From NCBI GenBank assembly GCA_963666055.2, contig CAXWPH010000015.1, forward strand, positions 704,001 through 768,000: DNA of 64,000 bases, given 5' to 3'. A program made the translations under genes and the position numbers. The DNA is from Acidobacteriota bacterium (GTDB taxonomy: Bacteria; Acidobacteriota; UBA890; WLXD01). Below are positions 1-10,716 of this stretch, piece after piece (positions within the stretch are counted from its first letter, which is position 1; the number at the start of each line of letters is the position of its first letter). The notes under the pieces were generated by a model, which had not been told where the DNA came from, did no database searches, and saw only the letters and a program-made list of their open reading frames with translations.

Positions 1-621
1 ATCACCAGCCTGGACCCTGGATATCCGCATACCACAGAGCTGCGCCGCTCGGGCGGAACGCAGTATTGGGAGGCGCAGCCGGGCGAGTACTACCACAGCA
101 CCACCGGCGAGATGGGTGGCCTCTGGCGCAATCGTGGGCGCGCCCCACAACGGCTCGTTGGGGTCGGCTTCACAGCTCAGGGCTTCGACGTCAACTCGCC
201 CTATCGACGGCTGCCGGACAGCTTCGACCCGCGGGCCGCATTCATCTTCGAGGGCATCGGCCCCGAGGAGATGATCGGCAACTTCCCTTCCCTGGTACTC
301 AGCTTCGGCGCCGCCGGCTCGGAGCTCGATCGCGCCGACCATTTCCTCGGCACGCCGTCGCACGCGCTGCTGCTGGCGACCTCAGCGGGCAGGCACTCCG
401 ATGAGTACCAACACGTCGTGGAGGAGGTGCAAACGTCCAACCAGGGTCCATGGGACGAGATGGTGCGTGCCGACATGGTCTATTTCGAGTATCCGAACAA
501 CGGCGCGGTGTGGACTTCGGCGTCGATCGCCTGGTCCGGCAGCCTCTCCTATGACAACTACGACAACAACGTCTCGCGCATCACCGAGAACGTGCTGCGG
601 AGGTTCGCCTCGGAGTGGTAG
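1..621 (+). CDS. N,N-dimethylformamidase beta (large) subunit family protein, C-terminal part (5' truncated by window)
   Basis: Frame 1 is open from base 1. EAQPGEYYHSTTGEMGGLWR, VGVGFTAQGFD, GAAGSELDR, VRADMVYFE, GAVWTSASIAW and [14 protein letters not shown] match the DmfA2-type C-terminus. Confidence 0.85.
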   Translation: MTSLDPGYPHTTELRRSGGTQYWEAQPGEYYHSTTGEMGGLWRNRGRAPQRLVGVGFTAQGFDVNSPYRRLPDSFDPRAAFIFEGIGPEEMIGNFPSLVLSFGAAGSELDRADHFLGTPSHALLLATSAGRHSDEYQHVVEEVQTSNQGPWDEMVRADMVYFEYPNNGAVWTSASIAWSGSLSYDNYDNNVSRITENVLRRFASEW

Positions 622-1438
622 TCGGCTGATTCGCATCGGCTCGGGACGGCAGCTCGCGGACCCAGATGTTGCGGAAGCTCACCGGATTACGGTGATCCTG
701 GAGCTGTATCGGTTCCCGCGCCGAATGCGGCTCGTAGGCCGGCTCGCCGACGAACACGCTCGATCCCCGCAAGGTGACGTGATGCTGCACCAGCACTCCG
801 TTGTGCAGAACGGTCATGGTGGCGGGGCTCTCTACCTCTCCTGCGGCGCCAAACCGCGGCGCCTCGAAGAGGATGTCATACGTCTGCCACTGTCCCGGAG
901 CACGCGAGGCGTTCACCTGCGGGATGTGCTGCTTGTAGATGCTCGCGGCTTGGCCGTTCGAGTAGGTGCGGTTGTTGAATGAGTCGAGCACCTGCACTTC
1001 GTAGCGATTCATCAGAAACACGCCGCTGTTGCCGCGACCCTGGCCCTCGCCCTCGATAACGTCCGGCGTGCGCCATTCGACATGTAGCTGAACGTCGCCG
1101 AAGCCCTGCCGTGTGTACAGGTTCCCGGCGCCGGGAGCCACGGTCATCACCCCGTCGTGAACCTCCCAGGCCGCGTCGCCGTCGGCATGACGCCAAGCAT
1201 CCAGGCCGGTCCCGTCGAACAGGATTATGGCGTCGGCGGGCGGCACGCCCGCCCCGCCCGGATCGACCGTTCGCGGCTCCGGGTCCCACACCTCGGTGAG
1301 CGCCGGATCGCCCTCTTGTTGCGCTGTCGCCGACGCCGTGACGGCGGTGCCGATAGCCAACGTCAAGATGATCGCCGCCCACAAACCAACCTGCCCCGCA
1401 ACCGCCCAGCTGCGATTCGGCGCGCGCGCGTACTTCAT
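581..1438 (-). CDS. DUF1080 / 3-keto-disaccharide hydrolase family secreted protein
   Basis: Signal peptide; [56 protein letters not shown]. Confidence 0.9.
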   Translation of the reverse strand: MKYARAPNRSWAVAGQVGLWAAIILTLAIGTAVTASATAQQEGDPALTEVWDPEPRTVDPGGAGVPPADAIILFDGTGLDAWRHADGDAAWEVHDGVMTVAPGAGNLYTRQGFGDVQLHVEWRTPDVIEGEGQGRGNSGVFLMNRYEVQVLDSFNNRTYSNGQAASIYKQHIPQVNASRAPGQWQTYDILFEAPRFGAAGEVESPATMTVLHNGVLVQHHVTLRGSSVFVGEPAYEPHSAREPIQLQDHRNPVSFRNIWVRELPSRADANQPTTTPRRTSAARSR

Positions 1439-1474
1439 GCCAGCTCTCCCTCCCTGTTTCGCAGGCGCGGGCGC

Positions 1475-3247
1475 TCAGCGCATGCTCGGCTGCTGCCCAC
1501 CGCTCACCGCTGCGATACGCCCGGGTTCCTCGCCAGCATCCTGAACCGGGTCTGCGGGTAACTCCCGCGGCAGGCGTATCTCGGCAACCATCTGCTGCAC
1601 TCGCGCCGAGGGCGGCGGGGTCAGCTGGCTGACCACCAGCGTGACGATGAAGTTGATCAACATGCCGACCGCGCCGATCCCTTCGGGACTGATTCCGAAC
1701 CACCACTCATCAGCCCCGGCGCCCGGATTGATGGAGCGGAAGTAAATGATGTAGCTAGCGGTGAACAGCACACCGCTGAGCATGCCGGCAATCGCGCCCT
1801 GCTTGTTGACGCGTTTGTTGAAGATTCCCAGAACGAGAATAGGAAAGAAGCTGGCGGCGGCGAGCCCGAAGGCAAACGCTACCACTTGAGCTACGAACCC
1901 CAGCGGGTAAATCCCGAAGAAACCCGCCACCACAACGGCAGCGCCGGCGGCCACACGCGCCAGCCGAAGCTCGTTGCGCTCGCTGAGGTCGGGCTTGAAG
2001 ATCGATTTGACCAGGTCGTGGGAAAGCGATGAGGAGATCACCAGCAGCAAGCCGGCGGCGGTAGAGAGGGCAGCCGCCAGCGCGCCGGCCACCACGAGCG
2101 CCACGACCCAGTTAGGTAACCGCGCGATCTCCGGATTGGCGAGCACGATGATGTCGCGATCTATGGTCAGCTCATTGATCGCCGGGTCGCCTGAGTAGAG
2201 AATCCGGCCGTCGCCGTTCTTGTCGTCGAACTCGAGCAGCCCAGTAGCCTCCCAGTTGGTGAACCACACGGGCGCCTCGGCGTAACGGGTGCCGTTGAGC
2301 GTGTCGATCATGTTGAAGCGCGCGAACGCGGCGACCGCCGGGGCGGTCGTATACAGGACGGCGATAAAGACGAGGGCCCACATTGCGCTCCAGCGCGCCG
2401 CTCGAGCGCTTCGCACCGTATAGAACCGAATCAGCACATGCGGCAGCCCCGCCGTGCCGACCATCAGCGCCAGCGTGATCGCGGTGACGTCGATCATCGT
2501 CTTCTTGCCGCCGACCCAGGCCGCAGTGTACTCGGGCAAGCCGAGGTCGCGATGGATCTCGTCGAGCGCCTCGAGCAGATAGCGACCGGCATTGCTGCCC
2601 TCGACCAGAACGCCGCCGAACCCCAGCTGTGGAATCGGGTTGCCGGTCATCTTCCACGAGATTGCGATCGCCGGGATCAGGTAGGCAATGATCAGCACGA
2701 CGTACTGCGCCACCTGGGTGTAGGTGATACCACGCATGCCGCCCAGGGTGGCGTAGATGAAGACCAGCGCCATACCCATCAGCACGCCCTGCTCGATCGG
2801 CACTTCCAGGAAGCGTGAGAAGACGATTCCCACACCACGCATCTGCCCAGCCACGTACAGGAACGAGATGAAGACGGCGCAGAACACCGCAATCACTCGT
2901 GCCACCTGTGATTCGTATCGCTCGCCGACGAACTCCGGCACGGTGAACTTGCCGAACTTGCGCAGGTAAGGGGCAAGCAACAGCGCCAGAAGCACGTAGC
3001 CGCCGGTCCATCCCATCAAGTACACCGCGCCGGTGTAACCCATGAAGGAGATCAGCCCCGCCATCGAGATGAACGAGGCGGCGCTCATCCAGTCGGCGCC
3101 GGTGGCCATGCCATTGGCGATCGCCGGAACCCCCTGCCCGGCGATGTAGAAGCCCTTGGTGGTTCGCGCGCGGCTCCAGATCGCGATTCCGATGTACAGA
3201 CTGAAGGTCACCCCGACCATGACATAGGTCCACGCGAGCACGCTCAT
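1475..3247 (-). CDS. Sodium:solute symporter, ActP-like (cation/acetate, VC_2705 subfamily)
   Basis: ADWMSAASFISMAG, LLAPYLRKFGKFTVPEF, GTAGLPHVLIRFYTV; many TM helices; DUF4212 partner upstream. Confidence 0.9.
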   Translation of the reverse strand: MSVLAWTYVMVGVTFSLYIGIAIWSRARTTKGFYIAGQGVPAIANGMATGADWMSAASFISMAGLISFMGYTGAVYLMGWTGGYVLLALLLAPYLRKFGKFTVPEFVGERYESQVARVIAVFCAVFISFLYVAGQMRGVGIVFSRFLEVPIEQGVLMGMALVFIYATLGGMRGITYTQVAQYVVLIIAYLIPAIAISWKMTGNPIPQLGFGGVLVEGSNAGRYLLEALDEIHRDLGLPEYTAAWVGGKKTMIDVTAITLALMVGTAGLPHVLIRFYTVRSARAARWSAMWALVFIAVLYTTAPAVAAFARFNMIDTLNGTRYAEAPVWFTNWEATGLLEFDDKNGDGRILYSGDPAINELTIDRDIIVLANPEIARLPNWVVALVVAGALAAALSTAAGLLLVISSSLSHDLVKSIFKPDLSERNELRLARVAAGAAVVVAGFFGIYPLGFVAQVVAFAFGLAAASFFPILVLGIFNKRVNKQGAIAGMLSGVLFTASYIIYFRSINPGAGADEWWFGISPEGIGAVGMLINFIVTLVVSQLTPPPSARVQQMVAEIRLPRELPADPVQDAGEEPGRIAAVSGGQQPSMR

Positions 3248-3325
3248 CGGCGCCTCAACGGATCCTCAGATGCACCAACAGACCGTTCGACGATTGCCCG
3301 GCGCGGCGGCGAGCATGTCGCCTTC

Positions 3326-3583
3326 TCAATCAACGCCGAAGCGCTCCGCCATGCGATCCGCGAGGCGAGCGTATGCCCAGATCAGGATGATAAAGACGTA
3401 GATTGAGCCCTGATGGGCGAACCAGAAGCCGAGCGGAAAGCCCCCGAGCCGGACCGCGTTCAACGGCTCGACGAAGAAGATCCCGAGCCCGTAAGACACC
3501 AGGGCCCATACGCACAACAGGCGGGCGACGAGTCGCAAGTTGGCGCGCCAGTAGCCATCAGGATCTGCTCTGGAAGAAGACAT
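3326..3583 (-). CDS. DUF4212 small membrane partner of the symporter
   Basis: YWRANL...GGFPLGFWFAHQGSIYVF; typical position ahead of this SSS subfamily. Confidence 0.88.
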   Translation of the reverse strand: MSSSRADPDGYWRANLRLVARLLCVWALVSYGLGIFFVEPLNAVRLGGFPLGFWFAHQGSIYVFIILIWAYARLADRMAERFGVD

Positions 3584-3620
3584 GCCGGCCCATGGGACAA
3601 CACTTCCCGCGACGAGTCAA

Positions 3621-4079
3621 TCAGCGCTGCGGCAGGAACGTACCGTTGCTCAACGACCATACGTAGGCGGCCAGGGCATCGTAGTCCTCCCACTCCGGGT
3701 CCATCCCGCCGCCGGGATTCATCTCGAACCTACGACTCGGTTCGGCAAAATCACCCCGCCGCACGCCCCAGAAGATGGTGTCTCGAATGCCCTCCAGATC
3801 GCCCTCCGATTGTAGCCAGGTATCGTCAGCGAGATCCGGCGCCCAGCGGCCGCCGCTACCACCATCACCGTGGCAACGAGCGCAGGAACCTTCGCTGAAC
3901 AACTTCTCGCCGCTCTCCAGTAGTGCGGCCCAACGGCGCGCCTGATCGCGCTCCATCCATGCCCGCACGGCGGCCGGAAGCTCGACCTGCTCCTGCGCAT
4001 CAACCACACGGTCGGGGTATAGCGACCCGACCACCAGCGTCACTAGCAAGACCACCCGGAAACTACACGCCACTCTCAT
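3621..4079 (-). CDS. Periplasmic monoheme cytochrome c
   Basis: Signal peptide from ATG 4079; CARCH heme motif, APDLADDTWL, distal Met region. Confidence 0.8.
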   Translation of the reverse strand: MRVACSFRVVLLVTLVVGSLYPDRVVDAQEQVELPAAVRAWMERDQARRWAALLESGEKLFSEGSCARCHGDGGSGGRWAPDLADDTWLQSEGDLEGIRDTIFWGVRRGDFAEPSRRFEMNPGGGMDPEWEDYDALAAYVWSLSNGTFLPQR

Positions 4080-4261
4080 GGCACCCCCCCTGAGTCCGTT
4101 TGTCGAAAACCTGACGGTACCGGCTTCGGGCGCTCCAAGGGTGGCGCTCGAGCAAGACATCTGTGCGCTTGCGGTGAGGCAATTGTCAGGAAGATATCAG
4201 AACGCGGCGAGCGTCCTCGCCGGTCGTTGTCGCGTTGCGCAAGTACGCATACCGTGGATGG

Positions 4262-5850
4262 ATGGCACCGACTATTCGATCCAACTCGACAACGACTTTG
4301 ACTGTGGTCTGTCTTGGCACAGCGGTGGCTCTCATCGCCGCCCTGGGCTACGAGGCGGTGACCGCCGCAAGGGCTCAGAGGGAAACCGTCGAGAGCGTGC
4401 TGCGCGACTACGCCGAACTGGCCGCCGAGCAGTACGCGAGCAGCGTGTCGATGGCCCTGGATTACGAGTGGTTCTATCCCGTGTTCCGCGTTCTCAGCGT
4501 CGATGCGGACGGACTCCACGCTCCGGGCGCGGACGAAATGATCGAGACGCAGACGGGTCGACAGCGGCTGGGTGACCTGGCGGCAGGGCTATTCCTGGTG
4601 GAACTGAAGAGCGGCGCAATCGTGCAACCGGACAACTGGCCGTCGGCCGCCCTGGACCAGAGACTCGAGGACGCGGCTCAGCACCATGCCCTGGTGGCCA
4701 GCGATCGCGGCTGGCCGGTAACGATGGGGGTCGTCGGGGGCAGTCAAGCGCAAGTGTTCCTGGTGCTCCGGACCCTTGGCGAGCCGAGCGCGATCTCTGG
4801 ATTCACCGCACCGCTTTCCGCACTGGGCCACGTACTCGGCTCGACGCTGCGAGCCGACCGGGTTCTTCCCAGCAGCCTCACCGACAAGGTCCCCGCTGAG
4901 GAGCTCGTAGCGATTCGGATCTCCGCGCCTGACGGCAACCTGCTGTTCGAAGCCGGTCCGGTGTTCGATCCGACTTTCGCGGCAACGACAACGTTGGGCC
5001 CACGGCTCGCCGACCTGCGGCTGGAGGCCGCCATCCCGCCCGATGCGGCGCCTCGGTTGGTGATCGGTGGATTGCCGCGATCGCGACTTCCCACGGTAGT
5101 TGCCATGTTGACCATCGCAGTTGGGCTCCTCGGGCGAGCGTGTTGCTGTCGCGGCGCGAGCGCGAGCTCGTGCGAATGCGCGAGCACTTTGTCGCCGGTG
5201 CTTCGCACGAGCTGCGAACACCTTTGGCACAGATCCGGATGTTTGCCGAGACGTTGCGCCTTGATCGCGTTCGTAGCAGCGAAGAACGACAGCGCTCCGT
5301 CGAGATCCTAGATCGCGAGGCCCGACGGCGATGCTATCTGGTCGAGAACCTCTTGCAATTCTCGCGCACTGGGAACGGCCAACAGAGCACCGCGATGGAA
5401 CGCGTTGACCTGAGATCCTTGAGCCTGGAGGTAATCGAGGGGTTTCGCCCACTGGCCGCTGCCCGCGGCGCCAGCGTCGCGCTCGAGGCACCGTCACCGG
5501 TTATGGCGCACGCCGATCGGGACATGGTGCGCCAGGTCCTGCTGAACCTGCTGGACAACGCCACGAAGTACGGACCGGCGGGCCAGCGCGTCACCGTCTC
5601 TGCGCACAAGGACGACGACTCTAGCGCCCTTCTGACGGTCGACGACGAGGGCCCTGGCGTGGCGGCGGCGCACCGACCGCTCGTCTGGGGTCGGTTCTGG
5701 CGCGGCCCTGACACCGGCAACACCACCGGGACGGGTATCGGCCTGGCCTTGGTAAAGGAGCTCGTGATGTTGAACAAGGGTGGCGTCGACATACAGCAGG
5801 CGCCAAGCGGCGGGGCTCGCTTCACAGTCACGCTACCAGGGGTCGACTAG
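4262..5850 (+). pseudogene. Sensor histidine kinase split by a single-base frameshift near 5132-5134 (real or sequencing error)
   Basis: The TM/periplasmic part (ORF 4235-5311) switches frame into HisKA (SHELRTPL) and HATPase (NLLDNATKY, DDEGPG, GTGIGL) of ORF 5140-5850. Adding one G to GGG restores LLGASVLLSRRE. Confidence 0.8.
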
Positions 5851-5856
5851 CAGGCC

Positions 5857-6549
5857 GTGGCACGCGTGCTGGTGGTCGAAGACAACGCCGACCTGGCGTA
5901 CGGACTACGAAACAACCTCGAGATCGAGGGCTACGAGGTGGACGTTGCCGAGGATGGCGAGGCCGGGCTGCGCCTGGCGCGTCGCACCGGTTTCGACGCT
6001 CCTGATCTGATCATCCTGGATGTGATGCTCCCCAAGCTCGACGGGTTCCGCGTGCTGCGCACGCTCCGCAACGAGAACAATTCGGTCCCAATCCTGCTGC
6101 TTACAGCGCGCGGTGAAGAGTCCGATGTAGTCCGGGGACTGCGACTCGGGGCAGATGACTACGTCACCAAGCCCTTCGGGATTCTCGAGCTGCTGGCGCG
6201 GGTGGAAGCGTTGCTGCGACGCGCCGAAACAGCCGCGGAGCCTGCTCGGATCCAGGGTTACGGCGACATTCGCATCGACCTGGCGGCGAGAACCGTCGAG
6301 CGCGACGACCGAAAAGTATCGCTGACACCGAAGGAATTCGACTTGCTGGTGGCGTTGCTTCGCCGGCAGGGGGCGGCGGCATCGAGAGCCGAGCTGATCC
6401 GGGAGGTGTGGGGGTACCCGGCGTCGGTCGTGACGCGTACCGTCGATACGCACATCGCGGAGCTCCGAGCCAAGCTCGAGGCCAATGCCTCGGCGCCGCG
6501 ATACATTCTCACGGTGCCGAGGATCGGCTATCGGCTGGCACCTGAGTAG
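5857..6549 (+). CDS. OmpR-family response regulator
   Basis: VLVVED, LDVMLP, GADDYVTKPF, LTPKEFDLL, RTVDTHIAELRAKLE, TVPRIGY. Confidence 0.95.
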   Translation: MARVLVVEDNADLAYGLRNNLEIEGYEVDVAEDGEAGLRLARRTGFDAPDLIILDVMLPKLDGFRVLRTLRNENNSVPILLLTARGEESDVVRGLRLGADDYVTKPFGILELLARVEALLRRAETAAEPARIQGYGDIRIDLAARTVERDDRKVSLTPKEFDLLVALLRRQGAAASRAELIREVWGYPASVVTRTVDTHIAELRAKLEANASAPRYILTVPRIGYRLAPE

Positions 6550-6833
6550 CTCTTCGAAGGCCGGCGCTTGCAGAGCAGCGCATGCAGGAGTCCTTCCACC
6601 ACGGCCTGCCAGGAAGACTATCTGGCGAGCTCCCTCAGCATCGCGATCGCCACCGCCGCAGCATTGCGCGCCGCCAGCCAACCGAAGCTTGCGTAACGGT
6701 TCGGGCCGTGGCGGCCGCCGGCCAGATCCGACACGCCTCGTCGACGATGCCCACTGCATCGCCTTCCTCGCCGCGCCTTGATCTCACCCGCAAATCCCAT
6801 CTGCGATATGCAACGATCATCTGTTACAGGCCA

Positions 6834-7364
6834 CTAGTGGCCGCCAGCGCCGCGACTGCCCAGACTCGCTTCCTTGACCTCTTGGACCAAGGCTTGGAAG
6901 AGAATGCCGATGTCCTTGCTGGCCCGGCGAAGCCGCTGCGAAACGATCTTGCCGAGGCGCCGGTAGACGACCACGGCGTGCTCGGGGAACGCATCGGCGA
7001 ACCGTTCGAACGACTCTCGATCGAGCTCGAGCAACTGGCAGTCGGTATCGGCGATCGCGGTTGCCGAGCGCAGCTGCGAGTCGAACAGCGCCAACTCTCC
7101 GAAGCACGCCTGCTCCTCACTCAGCGTCGCAACGGTGTATTGGTCGCCTGCCGGTGTCTTGGTATCGATTCGCACGGTACCGCTCAACATCATCAGCATC
7201 GAGTCTCCGCTGTCGCCTTCTCTTAGGATGATGCTGCCCGATCGGAAGCTGACTGCCCGAAAGCACTCGGAAAGGAACGCCACGGCGCGCTCGTCGGTAC
7301 TCAGAAAGCTGAAGAGCTCCGACGATCGAATGCAATCGGCGACCCCGGCTGGTTGGGTAGTCAT
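6834..7364 (-). CDS. Stand-alone cyclic nucleotide-binding domain protein
   Basis: IILREGDSGDSM, FGELALFDSQLRSATAIA phosphate-binding cassette; no HTH. Start overlaps the channel stop (ATGA). Confidence 0.88.
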   Translation of the reverse strand: MTTQPAGVADCIRSSELFSFLSTDERAVAFLSECFRAVSFRSGSIILREGDSGDSMLMMLSGTVRIDTKTPAGDQYTVATLSEEQACFGELALFDSQLRSATAIADTDCQLLELDRESFERFADAFPEHAVVVYRRLGKIVSQRLRRASKDIGILFQALVQEVKEASLGSRGAGGH

Positions 7365-8530
7365 GCGCCCTCGGCTCTCAAGTCCGGCTCGACGATGGGG
7401 CCCCTCTGGATGAGGATCGCCAGGCTGTGGCGGGGGATAACGTAGTCGTCGGCGGGATTGAGCACGGGCACATTGGGTTCCACATGCTTTACGCGACGCA
7501 GGTTCTCCACCAGCTGGGAGACATCAGGCGTGCGCTGCGCTTCGCGCAAGGCCTCGCGTTTGCGCTGCTGAACGTTGCCGGTGTTCTCGACCAGCCCGAC
7601 CAGGAGCGATCCATCGGCATCGACATAGTGTTTCCGCAGCTCGCGGAACGGGCGACCGACGAACTCTGGCGAGAAGGACGCAGTGATCAGCCCACCGCCC
7701 GACTCTCCCGTCATCAAGGCGTAGAAGATGCCGGAAATTCCCGTGCCCACGGCTGCGTTGGCCAGCAACACGCGTGAGTTGTGCTGCGTAAGGATCATCT
7801 CATCGGCCCCGGCAGCCTCGAGCTGCTTCTGGTACTTGGGATCGAGCAACTCGGCGCAGATGTAGGCCTCCGGCGCCAGCTCGGCGACGGTGATCACGGT
7901 CATTACCGTGCGCGCGTCAGCCTCGGCTGGAGAGTGAGCCCCGGTGTCGTCGGCAAGAATCAGAATGCGGCGGGCGTGGCTGACGTTGGCGCGCGCCAGC
8001 ACCGCGTCCTCCAGTGGATCACCGCTGACGAAGTGCAGCTGTCGAAAGTCGGCCTGACTTCGGACGGCCTCCACCTTGGCCGGGTCTACCGCAGCGATGA
8101 GCACGAACTGCTCGGACCCGAGTGACGGGTCGATCGCCACCAGGTCGCGAAGCAGCGCGTCCAGGGCCACCTTCCATCCGCAGATCACGAAGTGGTTCTT
8201 CAGCTGCGATAGATCCGTCATTCCTCGTCCTTCCCTCAAACTGCGCTCCACCCGCGTTGACGCGATCCGACCCGTCAGCAACGCCGCGAGCACTACGCCG
8301 GCGAAAGCCAGACCGATACCGATGACGCGTCCGGCGAGGGTGGCCGGCACGCGATCACCATACCCGACCGTCGTCAGGGTAACGAACGCCCACCAGACGG
8401 CATCCGACATCGATCGCAGGTCAGCGTTTACATCGCGCTCGACCCACATCGCCGCGGCCCCGCCGACCAGGGCGGTGGCGACGATCGCCACGGCGATACG
8501 AAGGATTCCGGACTGAAGCAGATAGGTCAT
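7361..8530 (-). CDS. Two-TM potassium channel with RCK (TrkA-N) domain
   Basis: WWAFVTLTTVGYGD selectivity filter; NHFVICGW, GDPLEDAVLARANV, GADEMI. Confidence 0.92.
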   Translation of the reverse strand: MTYLLQSGILRIAVAIVATALVGGAAAMWVERDVNADLRSMSDAVWWAFVTLTTVGYGDRVPATLAGRVIGIGLAFAGVVLAALLTGRIASTRVERSLREGRGMTDLSQLKNHFVICGWKVALDALLRDLVAIDPSLGSEQFVLIAAVDPAKVEAVRSQADFRQLHFVSGDPLEDAVLARANVSHARRILILADDTGAHSPAEADARTVMTVITVAELAPEAYICAELLDPKYQKQLEAAGADEMILTQHNSRVLLANAAVGTGISGIFYALMTGESGGGLITASFSPEFVGRPFRELRKHYVDADGSLLVGLVENTGNVQQRKREALREAQRTPDVSQLVENLRRVKHVEPNVPVLNPADDYVIPRHSLAILIQRGPIVEPDLRAEGA

Positions 8531-8998
8531 GAGAACCGCCCCTACGGCCCTTCGTGAACCGATCTGACCACCGACCACCGGCTTGGCAGTGTGAGCCGCC
8601 TAATTGTGCCCGCTATCGGTCCCCACCGACAGCCGAAGTCGAATGCGCTTGGCGGTTGTTAGGTAGTCGCTACTGGCGCCGCGCGTAGGCGACCAGCGCG
8701 TCGCCGATAGCAGTGCCGGCGCCGCCATGGCCACCGGCCTTCGCCCGTAGCGCCACCAGCTAGCCCTCGCCGGATAGCCTCCCGCAGGATCGGCGGCCGG
8801 CGCATCCGCGTCGACACTATCGGCCTTTTGTCGCGAGGGTCGAAACACATCGACGTTGACTGGTAATCTATGTATACACGTCGAAGCTGATGGACGGCGA
8901 GTGATTCTCTGCTCGCTTGCTCAAGTTGAGCGAACAGTGCCGATGGTCGGCGCCACACCCGTACCCAGCAGCATTCGCAATTGCAAGGAAGAGCAGTA

Positions 8999-9199
8999 AT
9001 GGCCGAAGGCACCGTAAAGTGGTTCAACGACACCAAAGGCTTCGGGTTCATCGCGCAGGAGGGTGGCGAAGACGTCTTCGTTCACCAGACCGCGATCACC
9101 ATGGAAGGTCACCGGACCCTCATGGAGAACCAGAAGGTCGAGTTCGACATCCAGCAAGGCCCCAAAGGGCTACAGGCTGCGAACGTCCGCCTTCTGTAG
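8999..9199 (+). CDS. Cold-shock protein (CspA family)
   Basis: [33 protein letters not shown]; GGAAG upstream of ATG 8999. Confidence 0.97.
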   Translation: MAEGTVKWFNDTKGFGFIAQEGGEDVFVHQTAITMEGHRTLMENQKVEFDIQQGPKGLQAANVRLL

Positions 9200-9252
9200 A
9201 TAGCCTTACCGCCGCCTCGAGCAAATAACACCGCTCGGGATGGCAGGTATTG

Positions 9253-9294
9253 CGGCGCCGTCCCGCTCCCGTGCGGGACGGCGCCGTTTATTTT
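9253..9294 (+). terminator. Intrinsic terminator after csp, between convergent genes
   Basis: Perfect 14-bp stem CGGCGCCGTCCCGC/GCGGGACGGCGCCG, 6-nt loop, then TTTATTTT. Confidence 0.85.
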
Positions 9295-9311
9295 GGGGCC
9301 TTCGGCACCGG

Positions 9312-9845
9312 CTAGCCGGCGCTGCGAGTTAGCCCCGGATCTGCCTTCGAATGATCCTGTATTCCCTTCGCCAACAGATATGCGCCGACGGCGAGCGGAA
9401 ACACCGGCCACCAGGTCTGGATCCAATCGAGCGAGAAGCCAAACAGCGTGTTCGACAGCGCCACGATGCCGAACAGCATCAATATGGCCCCCCCAACGAT
9501 CGAGCCACCCGTTGCCGGCATCTGGAAGTTCTCTGGCAACTCGATGATCTCGGTGCCGGTCGCCGCGTGGTTGTAGAGGGCCGCGAGGCGACCGGCATCG
9601 ATGACGTTGAACAGCCAGAAGAAGAACGTCGCCATGCCAGGGATCGGCTCGAGATTCCTGGGCGCGTTGTTGGTCACGACCACGAGCATCAAGAACACGG
9701 CGGCCATCAGGAAGCCACGCGTGTAGTAGCCGATGTAGATCTGACCGAGGCCGGGGGCCGCGGACAGAAACGCCGCCGTGCGTGGGGACTTCTGGCGTGG
9801 ATCGAATAGCTGTCGCTGCTCAAACTGAGGTGCCGATTCTTCCAT
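9312..9845 (-). CDS. Membrane protein (TM2-like N-terminus plus LiaF/DUF5668-like C-terminus) of the ECF operon
   Basis: KSPRTAAFLSAAPGLGQIYIG and GAILMLFG...WWPVFPLAVG; translationally linked to the anti-sigma. Confidence 0.7.
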   Translation of the reverse strand: MEESAPQFEQRQLFDPRQKSPRTAAFLSAAPGLGQIYIGYYTRGFLMAAVFLMLVVVTNNAPRNLEPIPGMATFFFWLFNVIDAGRLAALYNHAATGTEIIELPENFQMPATGGSIVGGAILMLFGIVALSNTLFGFSLDWIQTWWPVFPLAVGAYLLAKGIQDHSKADPGLTRSAG

Positions 9846-10713
9846 CGTCGTGCTCTCTCGTCGGGCCACCGGAATCAATCAGCCCGAGCGCCCGACGACG
9901 CAAACGATGCAGCGATTCGATGGCGGGTTCCACGTGGTCTCGCCAAGACCTGGCGATCCGTTCTTCGCTGGCGCGACGCCAGCACTGCGCAATGTCGGCC
10001 AGGTCAGTCGGAGCTCTGGCCGGCGATTCACAAACGTCGATATAGGTAGCAAGCCAATGCCCGGACTCCGTCCACGTACGGCGACCGGCTGCTGCCAGCT
10101 CGAGGGTGCCCGCAGTTACCGCGTGCCTCACGTCGGCGCCCTGCTGCCCGAGCCCGGTCAGCAGACGCGCTGGCACCTCGGCGAGTGGAGCGCCGGGGAA
10201 TCCGACCACCAAGAACAGTGCCAACGTCCCCGCGTAGGCGCCCTCCAGCGCGAGCCGCGGCCGCCGCACGAAGCGATCCCAGAGCGAGCGCTGCTGCGGT
10301 GCCCGCGTCGTAGCCGCCATCACCTCGTCGACGAAGTCGCCGCCGGGGAGGACCTCCGCCCACAACGGCAACTGGCGCTGTAAGCGCTCGAGCGCCCGCG
10401 CCAGGGTGCGGCACTCCGGGCAGTTCTCGAGGTGGAGCTCCAACGCCTCATCTACCTCGTACAGGGCCGCGCCGGCGCGTGTGGCGCTGAGATGCTGCGC
10501 GCGGATGCACGCACTGCCGGAGGTCGCCGCCAAGATCGATGCCGTCAGGCCAATCGGTTCGACGGCAGCTGTACGGCCCCGCAGCGCCGCTGCCTGCAAC
10601 TCTCGACAGGCTCGGCAGCTGGACGCATGGGCACGCATCGGCTCACTGCCGGCAGCGTCGAGGTTGCCTTCGAGCTGCTCGAACAGCGCTTCTGCGAACC
10701 GCGCACAGTCCAT
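9820..10713 (-). CDS. Zinc-finger anti-sigma factor (two zf-HC2 motifs plus TM)
   Basis: HASSCRAC and HLENCPEC (HxxxCxxC), then a TM segment; immediately after the ECF sigma. Confidence 0.82.
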   Translation of the reverse strand: MDCARFAEALFEQLEGNLDAAGSEPMRAHASSCRACRELQAAALRGRTAAVEPIGLTASILAATSGSACIRAQHLSATRAGAALYEVDEALELHLENCPECRTLARALERLQRQLPLWAEVLPGGDFVDEVMAATTRAPQQRSLWDRFVRRPRLALEGAYAGTLALFLVVGFPGAPLAEVPARLLTGLGQQGADVRHAVTAGTLELAAAGRRTWTESGHWLATYIDVCESPARAPTDLADIAQCWRRASEERIARSWRDHVEPAIESLHRLRRRALGLIDSGGPTREHDDGRIGTSV

Positions 10714-10716
10714 TGC

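Noticed and set aside
6550-6833. Possible small gene or remnant between the response regulator and the CNB gene
   Set aside because: Several short frames, none with a recognisable motif.
8856-8878. TTGACTGGTA motif upstream of csp, also present at about 56432 near the radical SAM gene
   Set aside because: Spacing to a -10-like hexamer is wrong, and two occurrences are not enough to call a regulatory box.
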